In this document: one piece after another, positions 1 to 13,790 of the stretch
Position numbering within the stretch: the first letter of the stretch is position 1
How the letters are laid out: every line of letters begins with the position of its first letter
Source: Eledone cirrhosa
Lineage: Eukaryota
Reading direction: 5' to 3'
NCBI GenBank assembly: GCA_964016885.1
Contig: OZ024741.1
Location: 298,902,001-298,966,000 of the forward strand
DNA: 64,000 nucleotides
Made by a program: the position numbers and the translations under genes
Notes under the pieces: generated by a model
The model's input: only the letters and a program-made list of their open reading frames with translations
Databases searched by the model: none
Told to the model about the DNA's origin: nothing

Positions 1-144
1 AAAAGATGGCTTTTGCAGACCCATCGAAACCGGTCATTTTTTATACCCTTTATTATTTCCTTACCTTATAAAATTATGTTTTTTCACAAAAAAGTATTCT
101 GTCTCTTATATATTCCATGTGCCATTACCAACCTCAATTTTCTC

Positions 145-145
<1 letters not shown>

Positions 146-177
<32 letters not shown>

Positions 178-223
178 TATATATATATAATATATATATA
201 TATAATATATATATATATATAAT

Positions 224-276
<53 letters not shown>

Positions 277-290
277 ATATATATATATGC
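146..290. repeat. (TA)n microsatellite
   Basis: Direct reading. Confidence 0.95.
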
Positions 291-429
291 ACGCACATAA
301 GTAAATCCTCATCTACTAATGTACACACTGTCGTATAGCCTGCTCTGTATTGTAATTGCGTGTTCTTGTGTTACTCCTTACTACCGCTATCCCCTAAACT
401 CTCACCAATACAGCTCAGCAAAGAATATT

Positions 430-2705
430 CCTGAAAGCAAAAAGATTAATAATGGTGACAAAAACAACACTACTAATGAAAACATCATGAGCAACAACAA
501 CAACCACAACAACAACATGAACAGTACTAATGCACTAATGACTACAGTATGAACTCAACGAAAGGAAACACAATAACTTGAACGAAGGAACCACGGGCAT
601 TTTGAGTAGTAGCGATGAAAACAATAACTAAACAATATTGACGACAGGAGCAATAATTATAATATCGACGATAACAGAATCAACAACAACATCCAAAGCA
701 ACAACAACAACATTATAAACACCTGAGAAACAGCAACAACTACAACAGTAGTGAAACCATCACCACCAATTTAACAGAAAATAATTGTTTCTACTTTTGG
801 CACAAGGCCAGAAATTAGCCAGTACATTACTGGTACTTTATCTTATCGACCCCGTAAGGATGAAAGGCAAAGTTAACCTCGGCGGGATTTGAACTCAGAT
901 CGTAAAGGACCGTAACTCTATGCTGCAAAGCATGGCGTCCGACCCTCCACCGATACTGCCAATCTTCAACAGAAAATAATGACACCGATATTTCAACAGA
1001 AAATAATGACACCAACAACAGTGATCACGGAAATATCAAAAGATATATACTAATCTACAGCAGTAAATATAGCAAACTGTTTTAAAATGTCCCTACTCAA
1101 GAAGGATTCATGCCTGGCGCAGGCGGCCAAATTGGGCAAACTGGAGAAGAGAAGAACGTAATTAGCTATTCTACTAGCGTTGGTGGAAATGGTAAGAAAA
1201 ACCACAATGTATCATTGTATCGTTAAAACCCCGGCACTCAGAAGCTGTAACACAGACCCAAATTGAGAGTGCCTTAACAGAAATAAGGCTCGAGGTTGAA
1301 ATTGTCGCATGGGCAAGGCAGTATGGTGAACCTTTTCGGCGGCCAGGCTTTGGTGTTAAAAAATTCTGTGGATCCTAGCAACGATTATGGTTTTTTCCGA
1401 CCTATTTAGGATGAATTTGGATATCTAGCGGATCTTGACCTGCGTTGTCCAGTAGGATAGCTTTACCTTCTTGGTTGTAAAAGATCGCGACAAGAAAACT
1501 GTTCTGGGATCACTTTGGAGAACCTGCTTTAGATCAAACTAGAAAATCTATATACGATTCCATATTATATTCACCTACCGAATGAGGGGGGATGGGTCAC
1601 GCAGCTGAGGGCAGAACATACGGTGTCATTTGTATGATTATGTCAATCTCCTAAGTGTTTTCTACTCCCACCAAAAAACAGGGGACGACATTCCAACTAC
1701 TGCAGACACTAGGGATCCAACAAAACAACACCAAGGTGGAACCACAATAGTAACAGCACCAGTGGAAACAGGGACACAGGAAACAGTAGAGTGACAGCAG
1801 AGTGGCCGCAATACCTACAACTGCAGCAGTAACAGTACCACCAACAACATTAGTAGCAACCGCAGCAACACCAACAAGAAAAACAACAGAAGAAAGAAAC
1901 CAACAACAAAACCACTCAGGGGAACCCCCTCTCTCTCCTTCCTTTAAATACAGTCATTAACACACTCACACACACATACACAAATACACATAAACACACA
2001 CATATACACAAATACACACACACACATACACAAATACACAGACACACACAGACACACAGACACACACACATACACCCCCCCCCCCCCACACACAACTGCA
2101 CTCTACGCTTATCCGAGTCAGAGTTTTCCAACATCGCCAGTTGAGTAGGACAGAAATTCTCCAATAAAAAGTCACAAAAGAAATTCCAAAACAAAATAAC
2201 AACCCAGTAACACCTCTCAACCCGATAAAACACTCTCGAAAACTTCAACAGAATCACACCCACATCCACCCCAAACAGAAACAAATCTGCAACAACATGG
2301 CATCGAAGGTAGACATTTTAGATTGATGGCTGTCTATGTCCTAACTGGAGCAGTAATGCTGGATTTCCTCAGGCGTACGCAAATCTTTCTTGGAACATCT
2401 CTCTCCTTACTGTTTACAGGGACTGGAATGGCATCTTGGATGAACAAAGGGACAGTGTAGGGAAAGCTGGTAGAAGATATGGTACAAAAACTTAATCAGA
2501 TACTGTCATTAAGTTGACAGGAACCGACTAGATTTAATGAATGCGCCAGTATCTAGACGCTTTCTTTTATTAATCTAGCGGGTAGGGATAATGAAGAGAG
2601 CCCACAACTACAAACGGTCACATATTCAGACCAAACATCTATGATATGGTTGGTCGACCTAGATCTAACATGTAGACAAGGACCCAGGTATTAGAAATTG
2701 AAAAT
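430..2705 (+). mobile_element. Heavily decayed Tx1/L1-type LINE relic (ORF1 and APE remnants), interrupted by a SINE
   Basis: Asn/Thr-rich start. Remnants parallel the 49-53 kb element: FFPTYLG (~1390), EGR..C..C (~1605), LMAVY (~2323), GDWNGILD (gggactggaatggcatcttggatg ~2418), RQGP.Y.KL (~2675). Confidence 0.55.
786..967 (-). mobile_element. tRNA-derived SINE (Octopus-type) with target-site duplication
   Basis: Family core gagttcaaatcccgccgaggttaactttgcctttcatccttacggggtcgataa. TSD aacagaaaataat at 773-785 and 968-980. Confidence 0.85.
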
Positions 2706-3316
2706 AAAGAGGGAAGTGCTGCTGAAAGGTGGATGAGAGTGGTAAAAATGATCCGAATGAATGCCTGCTATGTATATATGCATCTGTATATTAGAAGAGG
2801 GCAATTGAGATAAGGCTTAGTGGTCTGAATGATTGTGGCTTTTGTGGGGTTTTCCACGAGTATCCACCGTAACTCTCCCGTTATTGAAAAGTTTTTTTGC
2901 TTTCATTTTATTGCAGCCAATTTACTTTTTTTCACACGTTTATATGTAAATCTACACTGTATTTTTTCTGTAATGTCCTCGATGTTTATGTAAACCATTA
3001 TGGTTAAAAAAGAAATTATTATTATTACTATTTTTTTTATTTATCTTGCTTTCATCGTGCCTAAATCGGAAGCCCTTTATATTAGGGGCATTGGAAAAAA
3101 CGGTATTTATGATCCGCTACGATCTGAGACAAATTCTTACACGGGTTTCACTTCGTCTTTCATTAAAAGAGCTTTGGGGGGCATAACATGTAGAGATTAG
3201 GACAAAATACTTTATAATATTTAGTTAGGTGTCTTTATGTCTTGAATTCACATTCCACCAAGTTCAGTATTATCCATTCATTAATACTGTCGAAATACTG
3301 TCATCATAACGTCAAC

Positions 3317-3635
3317 CGGAACATTTTCCCTCCGAAAAATTCAACTCTAAAATTTCCATGCACCGAAATCTAACTATAAAAATTCCAACCCACGAAAATT
3401 TCACCCCGCAAGAACCAAACGATTGGTTACCCAAAAGTAGCAATTTAAATTTCACAGTTAGCAGCCTTCTTGTCTTAATTTTAAAAACATTAAATCATAG
3501 GAGTTATATGGAACTACTTTTGTTGAATGAAATTTCCGTCGGGTGAACTTTTCGACAGGAGAAATTTTTATGGTGATAAATTTTCGAGAGTGAAATTTTC
3601 AGGGTGAAATATTCTAGGGTAGAATTTACATGGAA
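3317..3635. mobile_element. Foldback/MITE-like element with short internal subrepeats in inverted arms
   Basis: Left arm has repeated (g)aaaatttc(a/c)c units; right arm has complementary g(g/t)gaaattttc units. Confidence 0.45.
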
Positions 3636-3707
3636 TAATTATATTGACTACATTGGTCTACCTAATTTTGTTGTCGTCTGCTAAAGTTACAAATCATTAT
3701 TAATAGT

Positions 3708-3921
3708 GGGTTTTTATATAGGCACAAGGCCAGCAATTTGGGGAGAGGAGAAAGTCGATTAAATCGACCCCAGTGCGTGACTAGTACTTTATTTTATCGA
3801 CCCCTTAAGGATGAAAGGCAAAGTTAACCTCGGTGGGGTTTGAACTCAGACCACAAAAGGTGTAACTCTATGCTGCAAAGCATGGCGTCCGACCCTCTAC
3901 CGATACTGCCAATCCACCGAC
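3708..3921 (-). mobile_element. tRNA-derived SINE
   Basis: Same family core; flanked by tacaaat(c)attattaatagt duplication. Confidence 0.85.
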
Positions 3922-4484
3922 CTACAAATTATTAATAGTAAAAGTTCGTAGAAACAAATAAAATACATTGATTTTCTGTGGTGGGTGAAAACATTAATTA
4001 ACGGTTTTAGTCAATTGTTCTTCATCGGAGAAGAATATAAAGAGGACTAACACCACAGTCGTAGAAAGATGAATGAGAAACAGATGTATGTAAAGAGTAA
4101 TTTGTAGTGATAGTTATTAGGAGGGTTGGAAAAGTGATGGGCATTTAAGAGTGGTGCGTATTGATGAGATGAGCGATCTGAGAGGAAATACAGCAAGGAA
4201 GACAATGATACACTTTTGGAGTAAGAGCCAAGTCAATTGAAATAGGAAGGGCTGGGGTGGGATAGGTCAAGTGAGATAGTGGTATAAAGAGATGATGAAG
4301 AACAGGATATATAGAGAATTTTACAAATGTATGAATAAAGTTGGGTGGAAAGAGGAGGAGAGAAGGAGAATGTGAAAAATTAAGTACTGGACTCTGTGGA
4401 ATGCTAAGAATTGTAAAGAAAATGTGAGGTAGGTAAGTGAAAGGGTTCAACACGAATTGTAAAGAGGGAGAAGGTGACTGAAGT

Positions 4485-4912
4485 AATGGTTTCTAATTCA
4501 GGCAAAAGGCCAGTCATCCTTTTTGTGTAGGGTTGACCCAAATACTTGACTGCTACTTTATTTTATCTATCCCGGTAGAATGAAAGGCAAAGTTTACCTC
4601 GGTGGATTTGAAACAAGAACGTAGTGCACCGTAACAAAGTACCGCAATGCATTTCATCTGGCAAACTAACATCAATCCATTTCCCCCAAGATGGTTCATA
4701 TAATGATTTCTAATTTAGGCCCAAGGCTAACAATTTGTGAAGCGAGATAAGTCGATTACATTGACTCTAGTACGTGATAAGTATTTTATTTTATCGAGCC
4801 CGGGAGGATGAAAGGCAAAGTTGAAATCAGTGGGATTTAGAACGAGAACGTAGAGTGCTGTAACGAAATATTGCTATGCATTTCATTCAACGCACTAACG
4901 TCAATCCATCGC
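4485..4912 (-). mobile_element. Two tandem diverged SINE copies (~4485-4680 and ~4705-4912)
   Basis: Both carry gatgaaaggcaaagtt...gatttgaa/tagaa cores. Confidence 0.7.
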
Positions 4913-7481
4913 TCTCAATGTGGTTCAGATAATGAAAATAAAACATTGAAAATGTGCTCAAACGGCAAGAACTACAATTGCAGTAGCATAGTTTAAGAGA
5001 CCTACATATAGCCAATGTGTGCAGTAAATTCTTTCGAAATCTATCTTCCAATCGGCGAAGGTTTCATTAAAGTGCAGTACATTGTATAGTTTGAGTGAGA
5101 TGCAATCAAGTTCATGGGTCATGTTAATTCTAGATATGAACCGACTAGAGCAGTTGTTTAGGAGATGAATGTAGAAATAAGAAAAAGATGTCTAGAATAT
5201 TTGGGAGTGCCTCGTTGGGTTCCTTTGCGGACGACACAGCCACTGACTAGGAGGTCATGTAGATGTGTATTCTATTTGAAATATATGAGTGAAGGCTTGG
5301 GAAAGATAGAAACAGTAACGGGGATGGATAGCAGAAGTTACGAAGGATGGTGTGTTTATGCGTTCTAGTAGCATCAATAAATATTGTGCGACAGAGAATT
5401 CAGAATACATGAAAGCGGCGCACGGCGAGAGTACGGACGTATGTATGATGGATTGAGTAAGGATTGAAGGTGGAGTCAACAACATAGGAGCAAAGTGCCA
5501 GAGGAGAAAATGCCACATTTACTTAATTTTTGAAAAGAAGTTCACGTTTTTTGGTGCAGAATTGGTGTGTGTGGGATGCGAGGAAGAAAGATCAAGAAAA
5601 GAGTGAGGGTTAGTAGGTTTAATCTAGAAAGTTAATAGACGTACCAGATATGGTGGGGACTTCCAATGCAGGATAGAAATACTGGATATAAAAAGTGTGA
5701 TGGTACCGATGCCGTCATCAAAGTGCCAGCTGATTGTTAATAGTAGTATCCAAATCACTCATAGGCATTATCTCAACTATTCATCTCATAGTTTTGTGTT
5801 AATATATTTATCATAGGGTCGATGTTTTGATATTTTATAATACAGGGGATCGGTGAAAAGTAATATCAATCCGTTTAGACTTTTTCTAAATGTAGTTTTT
5901 AAGTAAGTGAAGACGAACATTTCTAAATAGGAGTAAGAGTTGAATCATGATAATGTTTTCAGAACGCTCCAGCATGGCAACCTGTATATTGTTGCTTGAC
6001 CTGCTAGAAATAGAAGCTATATTTCCCTTAAATCACACTCAACCATCTTAAATTTATATCAAAGACTACATTGAATACCATAGGCGGGATGGTTATTGCC
6101 AGAATGATTTTGATCTTAAAGTCGCTCAATCAGAGCCAACATTGAGCTAAACAACAGTAACATCAAATTATTTCAACGGCCTAATATATACACTACTCCT
6201 GATAAAAAAAATAGCGGTGTTGAAAGTTGGAACGTCTTTTATCATAAGAGATCTACTCGATCAACAATGAAGTAGTGTTAAACAGCCACAATTACTACTG
6301 TGGCTGAGATACTGAGTATATGAAGAAAACGGCGGAATGGTTGTGGATGTTGGTGCGTGATAGGTTATTCGTGGAATGGATTGTTGCCTTGCGTTCTCCA
6401 TCTACAACACTAATCAGAAGAGGAGTCTAAATCAAATGAAAATAGGACAGACCGTGCTGCATTCTTGTCAATGGCTGAATATTGTTGATAGACCAGAACC
6501 CTTATCTAAAGTCCAGCATTTCCGACAGATGAGAAATGTAAAATTATGAATGTTAACTCATTATTCTTTATCAGGTGATCCAATATCTCATTCACTCAGC
6601 CATATCTCTTCTCTATAGTACCTCTTTTCATGAGCCCATCATTCTTGGTGGTATAGTATTGTGCCGTCGAAATACGCAGCATGTCTTGGGTATTCAAATG
6701 TGGCAGAGCCTATCCCTTTCAGGTCTGAATAAAGTAGATTTCTTCCAGAGAAACTAAAATTGCAAAAAGAACAAAACAAAAAAAAAAATGATAACTTTCA
6801 TGCACCTAGAAAGATGCCCTATGATTTAACTTAAATACATGTACTCTGTTTTATGTTGTGTCGTTGCCTTAATCGTTTAGCCGTAGGTGGATCTTGATTG
6901 TGCAAACCTACGATGAAAACCATTCCAGCCAAGATCATTTCATTAATTTTTTCAATATATTTAGCACCAGGATATCCAGTGCGTTCTTTCTTGTTTAAGA
7001 CAGTGGTGTGTTATTTGAGGGATAGTTGGTTGCTATTTCTAGTCTCCCTCATTGGTTCGATCACATAGACACCTTCTTGTTTGTTGTTGTTTAGCCCCAA
7101 GTTGGTTTAGATTGAACAGACTTATGACTCAAATGCATTCCATCCATGTATTTCTTTGCAAATCTTTCGTGTATCTAGAACTATATAACCCGGCATGACC
7201 TTAATTTTTTAATATATAAGGGTGGGAATCGTGGGCGATTCGGCTATTATAAACAGCAGAGGCTCCTCCGTTGGCTCTCATTTTGGTGTAGTTTATAAAG
7301 GAAGACCGAAATAATTGGGTAGTGGTAATGGTGGGGGATTCGTATTTAATACAGACAATTTTCTTGTCTGTTACGTGTGGCGGTTATTATTTTTTAAAAG
7401 ATTGTTGCCACGTAGAAAGAAGAGACTCGACAAGGCAAGCTATTTCATTCTTACCATCGAGGTTTTATCTTGCTATGTTTC

Positions 7482-7691
7482 TTATAAGCTTGTAGCCTCA
7501 TGATACTCGTCCAAGTTGATTACCACACGTTTCCCGTTAATGTTCGGCGATGACGGAGTCGACTCTGGCAAGTCATCTTTTTTGGCCGCTTCCGTCATTG
7601 CCGACAGTTTATGTTGTAAGTGTGGATTGCCTAGCTTCATGTTTCGCTGTTTAAGTAATTCCAATTGTGTGTATAGGCGACGGAATTCTTC
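7482..7691 (-). CDS. GPR158: GPR158/CG31760-like GPCR last coding exon (coiled coil, C-terminus, stop)
   Basis: Acceptor ccaacAG at 7693-7692. Encodes EEFRRLYTQLELLKQRNMKLGNPHLQHKLSAM...EYHEATSL then TAA. Confidence 0.9.
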   Translation of the reverse strand, partial: EEFRRLYTQLELLKQRNMKLGNPHLQHKLSAMTEAAKKDDLPESTPSSPNINGKRVVINLDEYHEATSL

Positions 7692-9960
7692 CTGTTGGAG
7701 TATAGAAGAAAAAAAAACCACATTATTAACTGAAAGCACACGTAAATATTTTCACAGGAGGAAACAAACAGAAATATAGAAGGTTAATGCAAGCGACACG
7801 GAATACTAACGATACTCTCTGATACTCTCTGAAGTTGCCGATAGCTCCAATGCGTAGCGTTATTTAATCCGAAATATATCGGGAATAAAACAAATATTAC
7901 CATACAAATAAGAATAAAGATAAAATATAAAAATATTATCAAAGATAACTATATACATTCAGTAGGGTTATGTAAAAAGCACCCGCCTCACTATACAGAA
8001 TATTTTGAAAGTAAAATCCGTAGAATAAGTAGTCTGTTGCTTGTTTATTATTCGTGAATTGAAATCTTCAATACAACACATTCAGTTGTGCATGGCGATC
8101 TGCGAATTATTTTCGGAGAAGTCTACTGGAAAAAAAACTCCAGTATACTCGTTGTGCGTGTCCATGGAAATGCCTTTGCAATTTTGTCGGTGGGACGCTG
8201 GCAAAACATCATCTCGACCTAGGCATAGGATCTGTCACCCTCTCCCCTACCTTCTCTTTCTTGAGTTGCCTAATAGTCCCTGTTCTTTCCTTCCTTTTCT
8301 TATACAGCCAGATCTGCCTTTCGTTACCCTTTTCCTCTTTTTTCATTACTTAATTCGTTTTTTATTATCATTTTATTAATATTTCCATCATTGTATAAAT
8401 GATGTCTGTAAAATATTGTTTACGTAATATGTTTATGTATAACATATAACAAAATAAAAAGATTATGTCCATATATCATATGATTAAATTTTACAAACAC
8501 GTTTGTAAATGTAACATATCAGTTTATCATACATAAATTATATATAAAAACTTACCCATTATTTATATTACATTACACACACATACACATATGCTTATAT
8601 CGTGTATATAAGAACGTATACTGTGCTTAGATAATTGCTTAAATATTATAATAGCATAATAATTATCAGAAAGTATCTACGAGTACACCAGCTGGTAAGC
8701 ATTCACACGGTGTTTTTATTACGAAAACGTAATCGTTAATTTAATTTAACACAATTTTATCACTTTAATATAATTATACTGATGTGCAGGTGGATTAGAA
8801 ACATCAGAGCAGCTAGTTTAAAACATCATAATTCCTTGTTTGAATCTATCCACACTATACTTGGACTTCAGCTCTTCACAATCGGTTTTGAAAGCACTAA
8901 CAATATACTGTTAGGTTTGCATGTAACTGAATTGAGATGCTTACTACCAGCATCTAAGCCTACCTACCAACAATTCGTCACTTAAAAGAAATATGATTGG
9001 AAATTCGTCGGTTTCGACGAATAGTGTTCAAGTTATTTGCTTGTGAAATGAGCGTGTATATGTCTGAAGATCCACAGACACATCTATTCTGAATGTAGTT
9101 TTCAGGGAGATTCAGCGTGACACAGTGTATGACAGGTGAATGGATTGGAGCAAGTTAAAATATAATGTTCTGCTCGTCTGGAATTGAACTCACAACTGAA
9201 GACTGTTAGCAAAGCACCCTAACTAATAAACTATGCGGCATCTCCACACATGAAAATACGTTACCAATACTGATTTGTGTCTGTGGCAAAAAAGATTAAC
9301 CTTTGGTATCTAATTACCTCAGAAATGAACCCAGAAGGGATATTTCACAATTGACTAATGATTCAGTGTAGATGTAGCATGACCAAATTGTTAAAAAGTT
9401 CGCTTCCCAATCATAAGATGCCGGTTTCCATTCAACTGCGTGGCATCTTGGGTAAGTGCCATTTATCACAGCATCGGACACATGGTCTGTTAAGGAAATT
9501 GGGTAGAGATGAAACTGTTTGAAACCAACGGATATACCGTATTTGTATTTCAAATGGCCAGCCTTGTCACATACTTTATCACGTTGTATCTCGCTAAGAA
9601 TTACGTTAAGGGTACCCTTGGAATACTCAGCCACGTTAATTTTATACCCAGGCTGTTTCGTCGACCAAATGACCGGTTTATCCTTCGTAGAAACTGACGG
9701 AGATACATTTCACTCCAATGATTCATTGTAGTGTTTAACTGAAGTTGTCTCAAGACAACAGGACGTTAAGGAGGAATAAATCATAAATTCCTTCCTTCCT
9801 TCTTTTATTCTGTTTTCAGTTATTGAACTGTGGTCGTGCTGTGCACCACATTGCAGATTTTAGACAATAATCTCGACTTTAACCCGTATTTCATCTTTAG
9901 AGGTAGGAAAGGGGAAGTTTCATGAATAAATTAGAAAACTTGTTAAACATTTTCGCCCAC

Positions 9961-10167
9961 CTGTATATCTTTTTCAAGAAAACTTTCATTTTCTCCTTCG
10001 TCTGTCTTATCTCCAATACTGGAAGGATTACCACTTGATGTGAATGTACTTAACACTGCTGTGGTTGACTTGGATCCTGGTACGAACTTGCCAGTTCGTG
10101 CTAACATTGTCGAATGTGCTTGCTGTTGCTGCTGTTCTTTTCCTCGTGTCTTGTATACGTGGTATGC
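9961..10167 (-). CDS. GPR158: GPR158/CG31760-like GPCR exon (proximal cytoplasmic tail)
   Basis: 207 nt, open, phase 0/0, acceptor taacAG, donor GTGGGC. Encodes AYHVYKTRGKEQQQQQAHSTMLARTGKFVPGSKSTTAVLSTFTSSGNPSSIGDKTDEGENESFLEKDIQ. Not in the ORF track; found by reading the sequence. Confidence 0.85.
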
Positions 10168-11874
10168 CTGTTATTGAAATAGGAGACATAAGAAGACAAG
10201 AATAGCGATTTAATTATAAAGCATTTCTGTTATACAACCTTTGTGTAATGATAAAGCTGAAGCTATATAACTGACATTACACTTTAGAACTTATCAAAGA
10301 AAACGAGAAATGTATAATTTCGGAAAAGTACTTATTTCTTTCTGATCATAAAATGTTAATTAAATATGAAATTTTAAAGTAATATATAAGCGCCGAGGGA
10401 TGAGATGTGTAGCGACAGTGCTTTTCACAATTCTCCGAGAAAATATAATTTTGAAACGTGGTTTCTTAATTAGACAGAAAGTTTAATTAAATATTGTAAC
10501 AAAAACAGAGTTAATATTTATGATAATTAATTTGTATTTCTCTGTATATGACATCGAGTATAATAAAATGTCACCTTGACACAAACCCATCAATTTAAAA
10601 GTAGGGTAGGAATATTAGACGATGAAACTGACCCAAATATGAGCCTCAAAGTATATTCTATCGAGCTCCTTAAAACATAGAGAGAGAAAACTCAATTCTT
10701 TAGTAGTGCTTACTAAAATTTGTGTCTATTACTTTCTTTATGACAACAGTATATGCATGTAGTAGAAAACGCTTCTCGGTTGTCATCAGCTCCACCCGAA
10801 AATGAAGTGATTTCATTTACTTCTATTATGGCTATGTCCCGAGTTGCAACCGCTGGTGATCTGGAAACAGTGATAGCAGTGGTCATGGTTTTCCCTAAAG
10901 ACTACTACTGACATCCACTAAACTATATTTTTCATTTTGCTTAACATCCTTTTCTCAAGAGAAATCTTTCAAATGGCCTTTACTATAGCGTGTATATCAA
11001 CCGGGAATTCAGATCTGCTCGACCGCATCCGCAGTGAGGAAGAGATCTAAAATGTCTTTGTGTACATGATTGCTCATCAGGACATGGTGATGGAAGCATA
11101 TTACACCCGTCCACATATTGCAGGTCACCTCCGTGTTCATCACACGTCTATATCGTTGCACAAAGCTGACGACAAACCCAATATCGCACCACATATCGGC
11201 CAGAGTCTTCCAACTCCTCTTTCGAGTCGCATACCTTTGTTAAAAGCAAACAAATAAACGTATGTGCCTTCTTATCGTACCTTCCTAGATACATTTCCAT
11301 ACAAGGAGGCACTGTCTGTAGTGACATACTTCCTCCATTCTTTATCCCTTTACTTATGTCAAATTGACTTGCTTCTTTTGACTCACAGCCTGTGCAAAAT
11401 ATTGAATGTTGTTCGTCGTATTGTTTTATTTTCCATTCAAGTTAATGTTACCAACACTATTCTTTTTTGTCTCTTCCAGTGTACAACTATACAACTTTAC
11501 TGCTGAAGTTATGCCTGTAACTATTTGTATGTGTGTTTAAGCTTCAAAGCTTTGTTGATATCTTTTTCCATTGTCTATTTTTTAAATTTTATTTTTGTTA
11601 ACGTTTGAAAATAATTCATGGTAATATTTATTTTTGCGTTATTGAAGCTAATGCTACAAGGACTGTAGTAAGTGCCTTTTCCTTTTACTTTGGTTTGTCG
11701 TTGCTCTTCCTATTATTTTTGTATTCAAATTAATGTTTTCAACAGTATGTATACTCTTAATTCCTGATGGTTTGGAGGGAGCGTCTTTGTGACATATGGC
11801 CTATCTTTGGCATTTTTAAACCTGGCGGAGTCCATCCATTTTTCATGTCTGGACGTAATCGATTTCTTCCAGAG

Positions 11875-11927
<53 letters not shown>

Positions 11928-11939
11928 TAAGAGATAGAC

Positions 11940-12075
11940 AGCTACTTTTTATCGACTACGAAAGGATGAAAGGCAAAGTTGAATTCTGTGGATTTTAAAC
12001 TTAGAGCGCAGAGAGCTAGAAAGAATATAGCAAAGCATTCTATTCGATGTGCTAATGGCTCTGCCAATTCGCCAC
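11940..12075 (-). mobile_element. Partial SINE next to (GA)n
   Basis: atcgactacgaaaggatgaaaggcaaagttg core. Confidence 0.7.
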
Positions 12076-12615
12076 CTGTTTTAAAGTATACGGCTTTAAA
12101 TCTTGAAGTCTGATGCTCTGTATACATGTTTAAATGTTCCATTGAAGGTTGTTTTAAAAATTGTGTTCGTTTTTCGTTTGAAAATGATGTTCTAGGAAAA
12201 ACCCTGGGTCTCCACCAGAATAAACCGGCTGATCTGTTCTGGAAGATTTTCAACCTTGTGATTGTGGATAACTTCCAGAAAATTTCTGGCCAGACAATGC
12301 TACGGTGAGGCATTGCTTATTTGAGACAAACTCTGTAGGCATGGAAGTGCTGTTAGAAGGGTTTCTCCGAGACGCGGCCAAAATAAAATTACCAGTAACG
12401 CACTGGGTTGATTTAATCGACCTTTCTTTTCCCTTCAAATTGCTGGCCTTGTGTCAAAAGTGGAAACAATTATTATTATCAAAATTGTAAATGAATCATG
12501 GTAACTGCTAATTTTTTGTAATCTGTTGATTGGATTTGTCTTTTTTCAAGATGAAACTTTTATGAAGGATTGACGTGAAATTATTCTTTTTTTTAGGAAT
12601 TGTAGAGAAATTAAT

Positions 12616-12799
12616 TGTTTCTACTTTAGGCACAAGGCCAGCAATTACCCAGTGCATTACTGGTACTTTATTTTATCGACCCCGTAAGGATGAAAGGCAA
12701 AGTCAACCTCGGCGGGATTTGAACTCAGATCGTAAAGGGACATAACTATGCTGGAAAGCATGGCGTCCGACCCTCTACCGATACTGCCAATCCACCGCC
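12616..12799 (-). mobile_element. Young SINE with 16-bp TSD
   Basis: Family consensus; TSD ttgtagagaaattaat at 12600-12615 and 12800-12815. Confidence 0.9.
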
Positions 12800-12999
12800 T
12801 TGTAGAGAAATTAATAAAGTATAAGAAGGCAGCTGGTCGAAACGTCAGCAGTAATTGCTACACACAACATAGAAACTTAATTTAATTCATATAGTTTATT
12901 ATTTCTATACTGAGAGACTTGAGAGCTAAAAGTTGAAAGAGGGATAAACTAAATTGAGAGCAAAACGTATGTTTGTGTATGTGAATGCGTGCGTGTGTA

Positions 13000-13790
13000 T
13001 ATGAGAGAGATCAGGAAAACACGACAAAGGTGAGTGCGAGAGCGAGAGGGAGAGGGAGGGAAAGAGGGAGGGAGAGAGAGGGAGTGAGAGAGAGCCAGGC
13101 ATGCGGAGAGTGTTTGGGTGAGAGCAATAGAGAGCTAATATAGAGCATAAGAAAGATACGCGAGGGGCTGACATACTATTGATAAGGCAGAGCAGGAGGA
13201 GGATAGGTTGAGGGGAAGAGCAAGAGTTGATGGAATGAGCTAGATAGAACGATGGGAAGATAAAAACAGAATATAAAGCAAGGGGAGGATTGAGCAAGAG
13301 GAAGATAGAGCGAACGGGAGATAGAGCGAGAAGAACATAGAGCGAGAGGAAGAAAAAGTGAGACGACGGTAGAGCGAGAGAACGAAAGAAAGACAGAGTG
13401 AGTGGAAGATAGAGCTCGAGGAACATAGACTGAGAGGATGCTAGAGCCAGGGAAAGATAGAGTGAGAGAAAAATAGAGAAGAAATAGGAGAGAATATAGA
13501 GCGTGAATGTTGAATTTAGGGAAGAGGGAGCGAGGGGAAGAGAGACCTTGAAAAGGATAGCGCGAGCGAAAGATAGAACGTGGTAAAATAGAGCGAGGGA
13601 AGACATAGCGTTGGAAGGATAGAGTGAGAGGAGGATAGAACAAGGGTAAGATAGAACGAGCGAAAGGTAGAGCGTGGGAAGGAAGAAAGAGTGTGTAGAA
13701 GATAGAGTGAAACGTAGATAGAGACGGGAGAAAATAAGAGAACAAAATAAAGTGAGAGGGAAATACGGTCAGATGAAAATAGAGTAACAG
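13000..13790. repeat. Purine-rich (GA-rich) low-complexity tract of decayed GATAGAGCGA-like units
   Basis: Strong G/A strand bias; explains the spurious Leu/Ser/Phe ORFs on the minus strand. Confidence 0.8.

Noticed and set aside
1-40. Hammerhead-like 3' half (gatgg...ccatc GAAA ccgGTC) at the window edge
   Set aside because: CTGANGA core and stem I are not visible within the window
4950-5760. Possible ancient PLE coding relic on the minus strand
   Set aside because: Only a vague compositional resemblance; no diagnostic motif could be read
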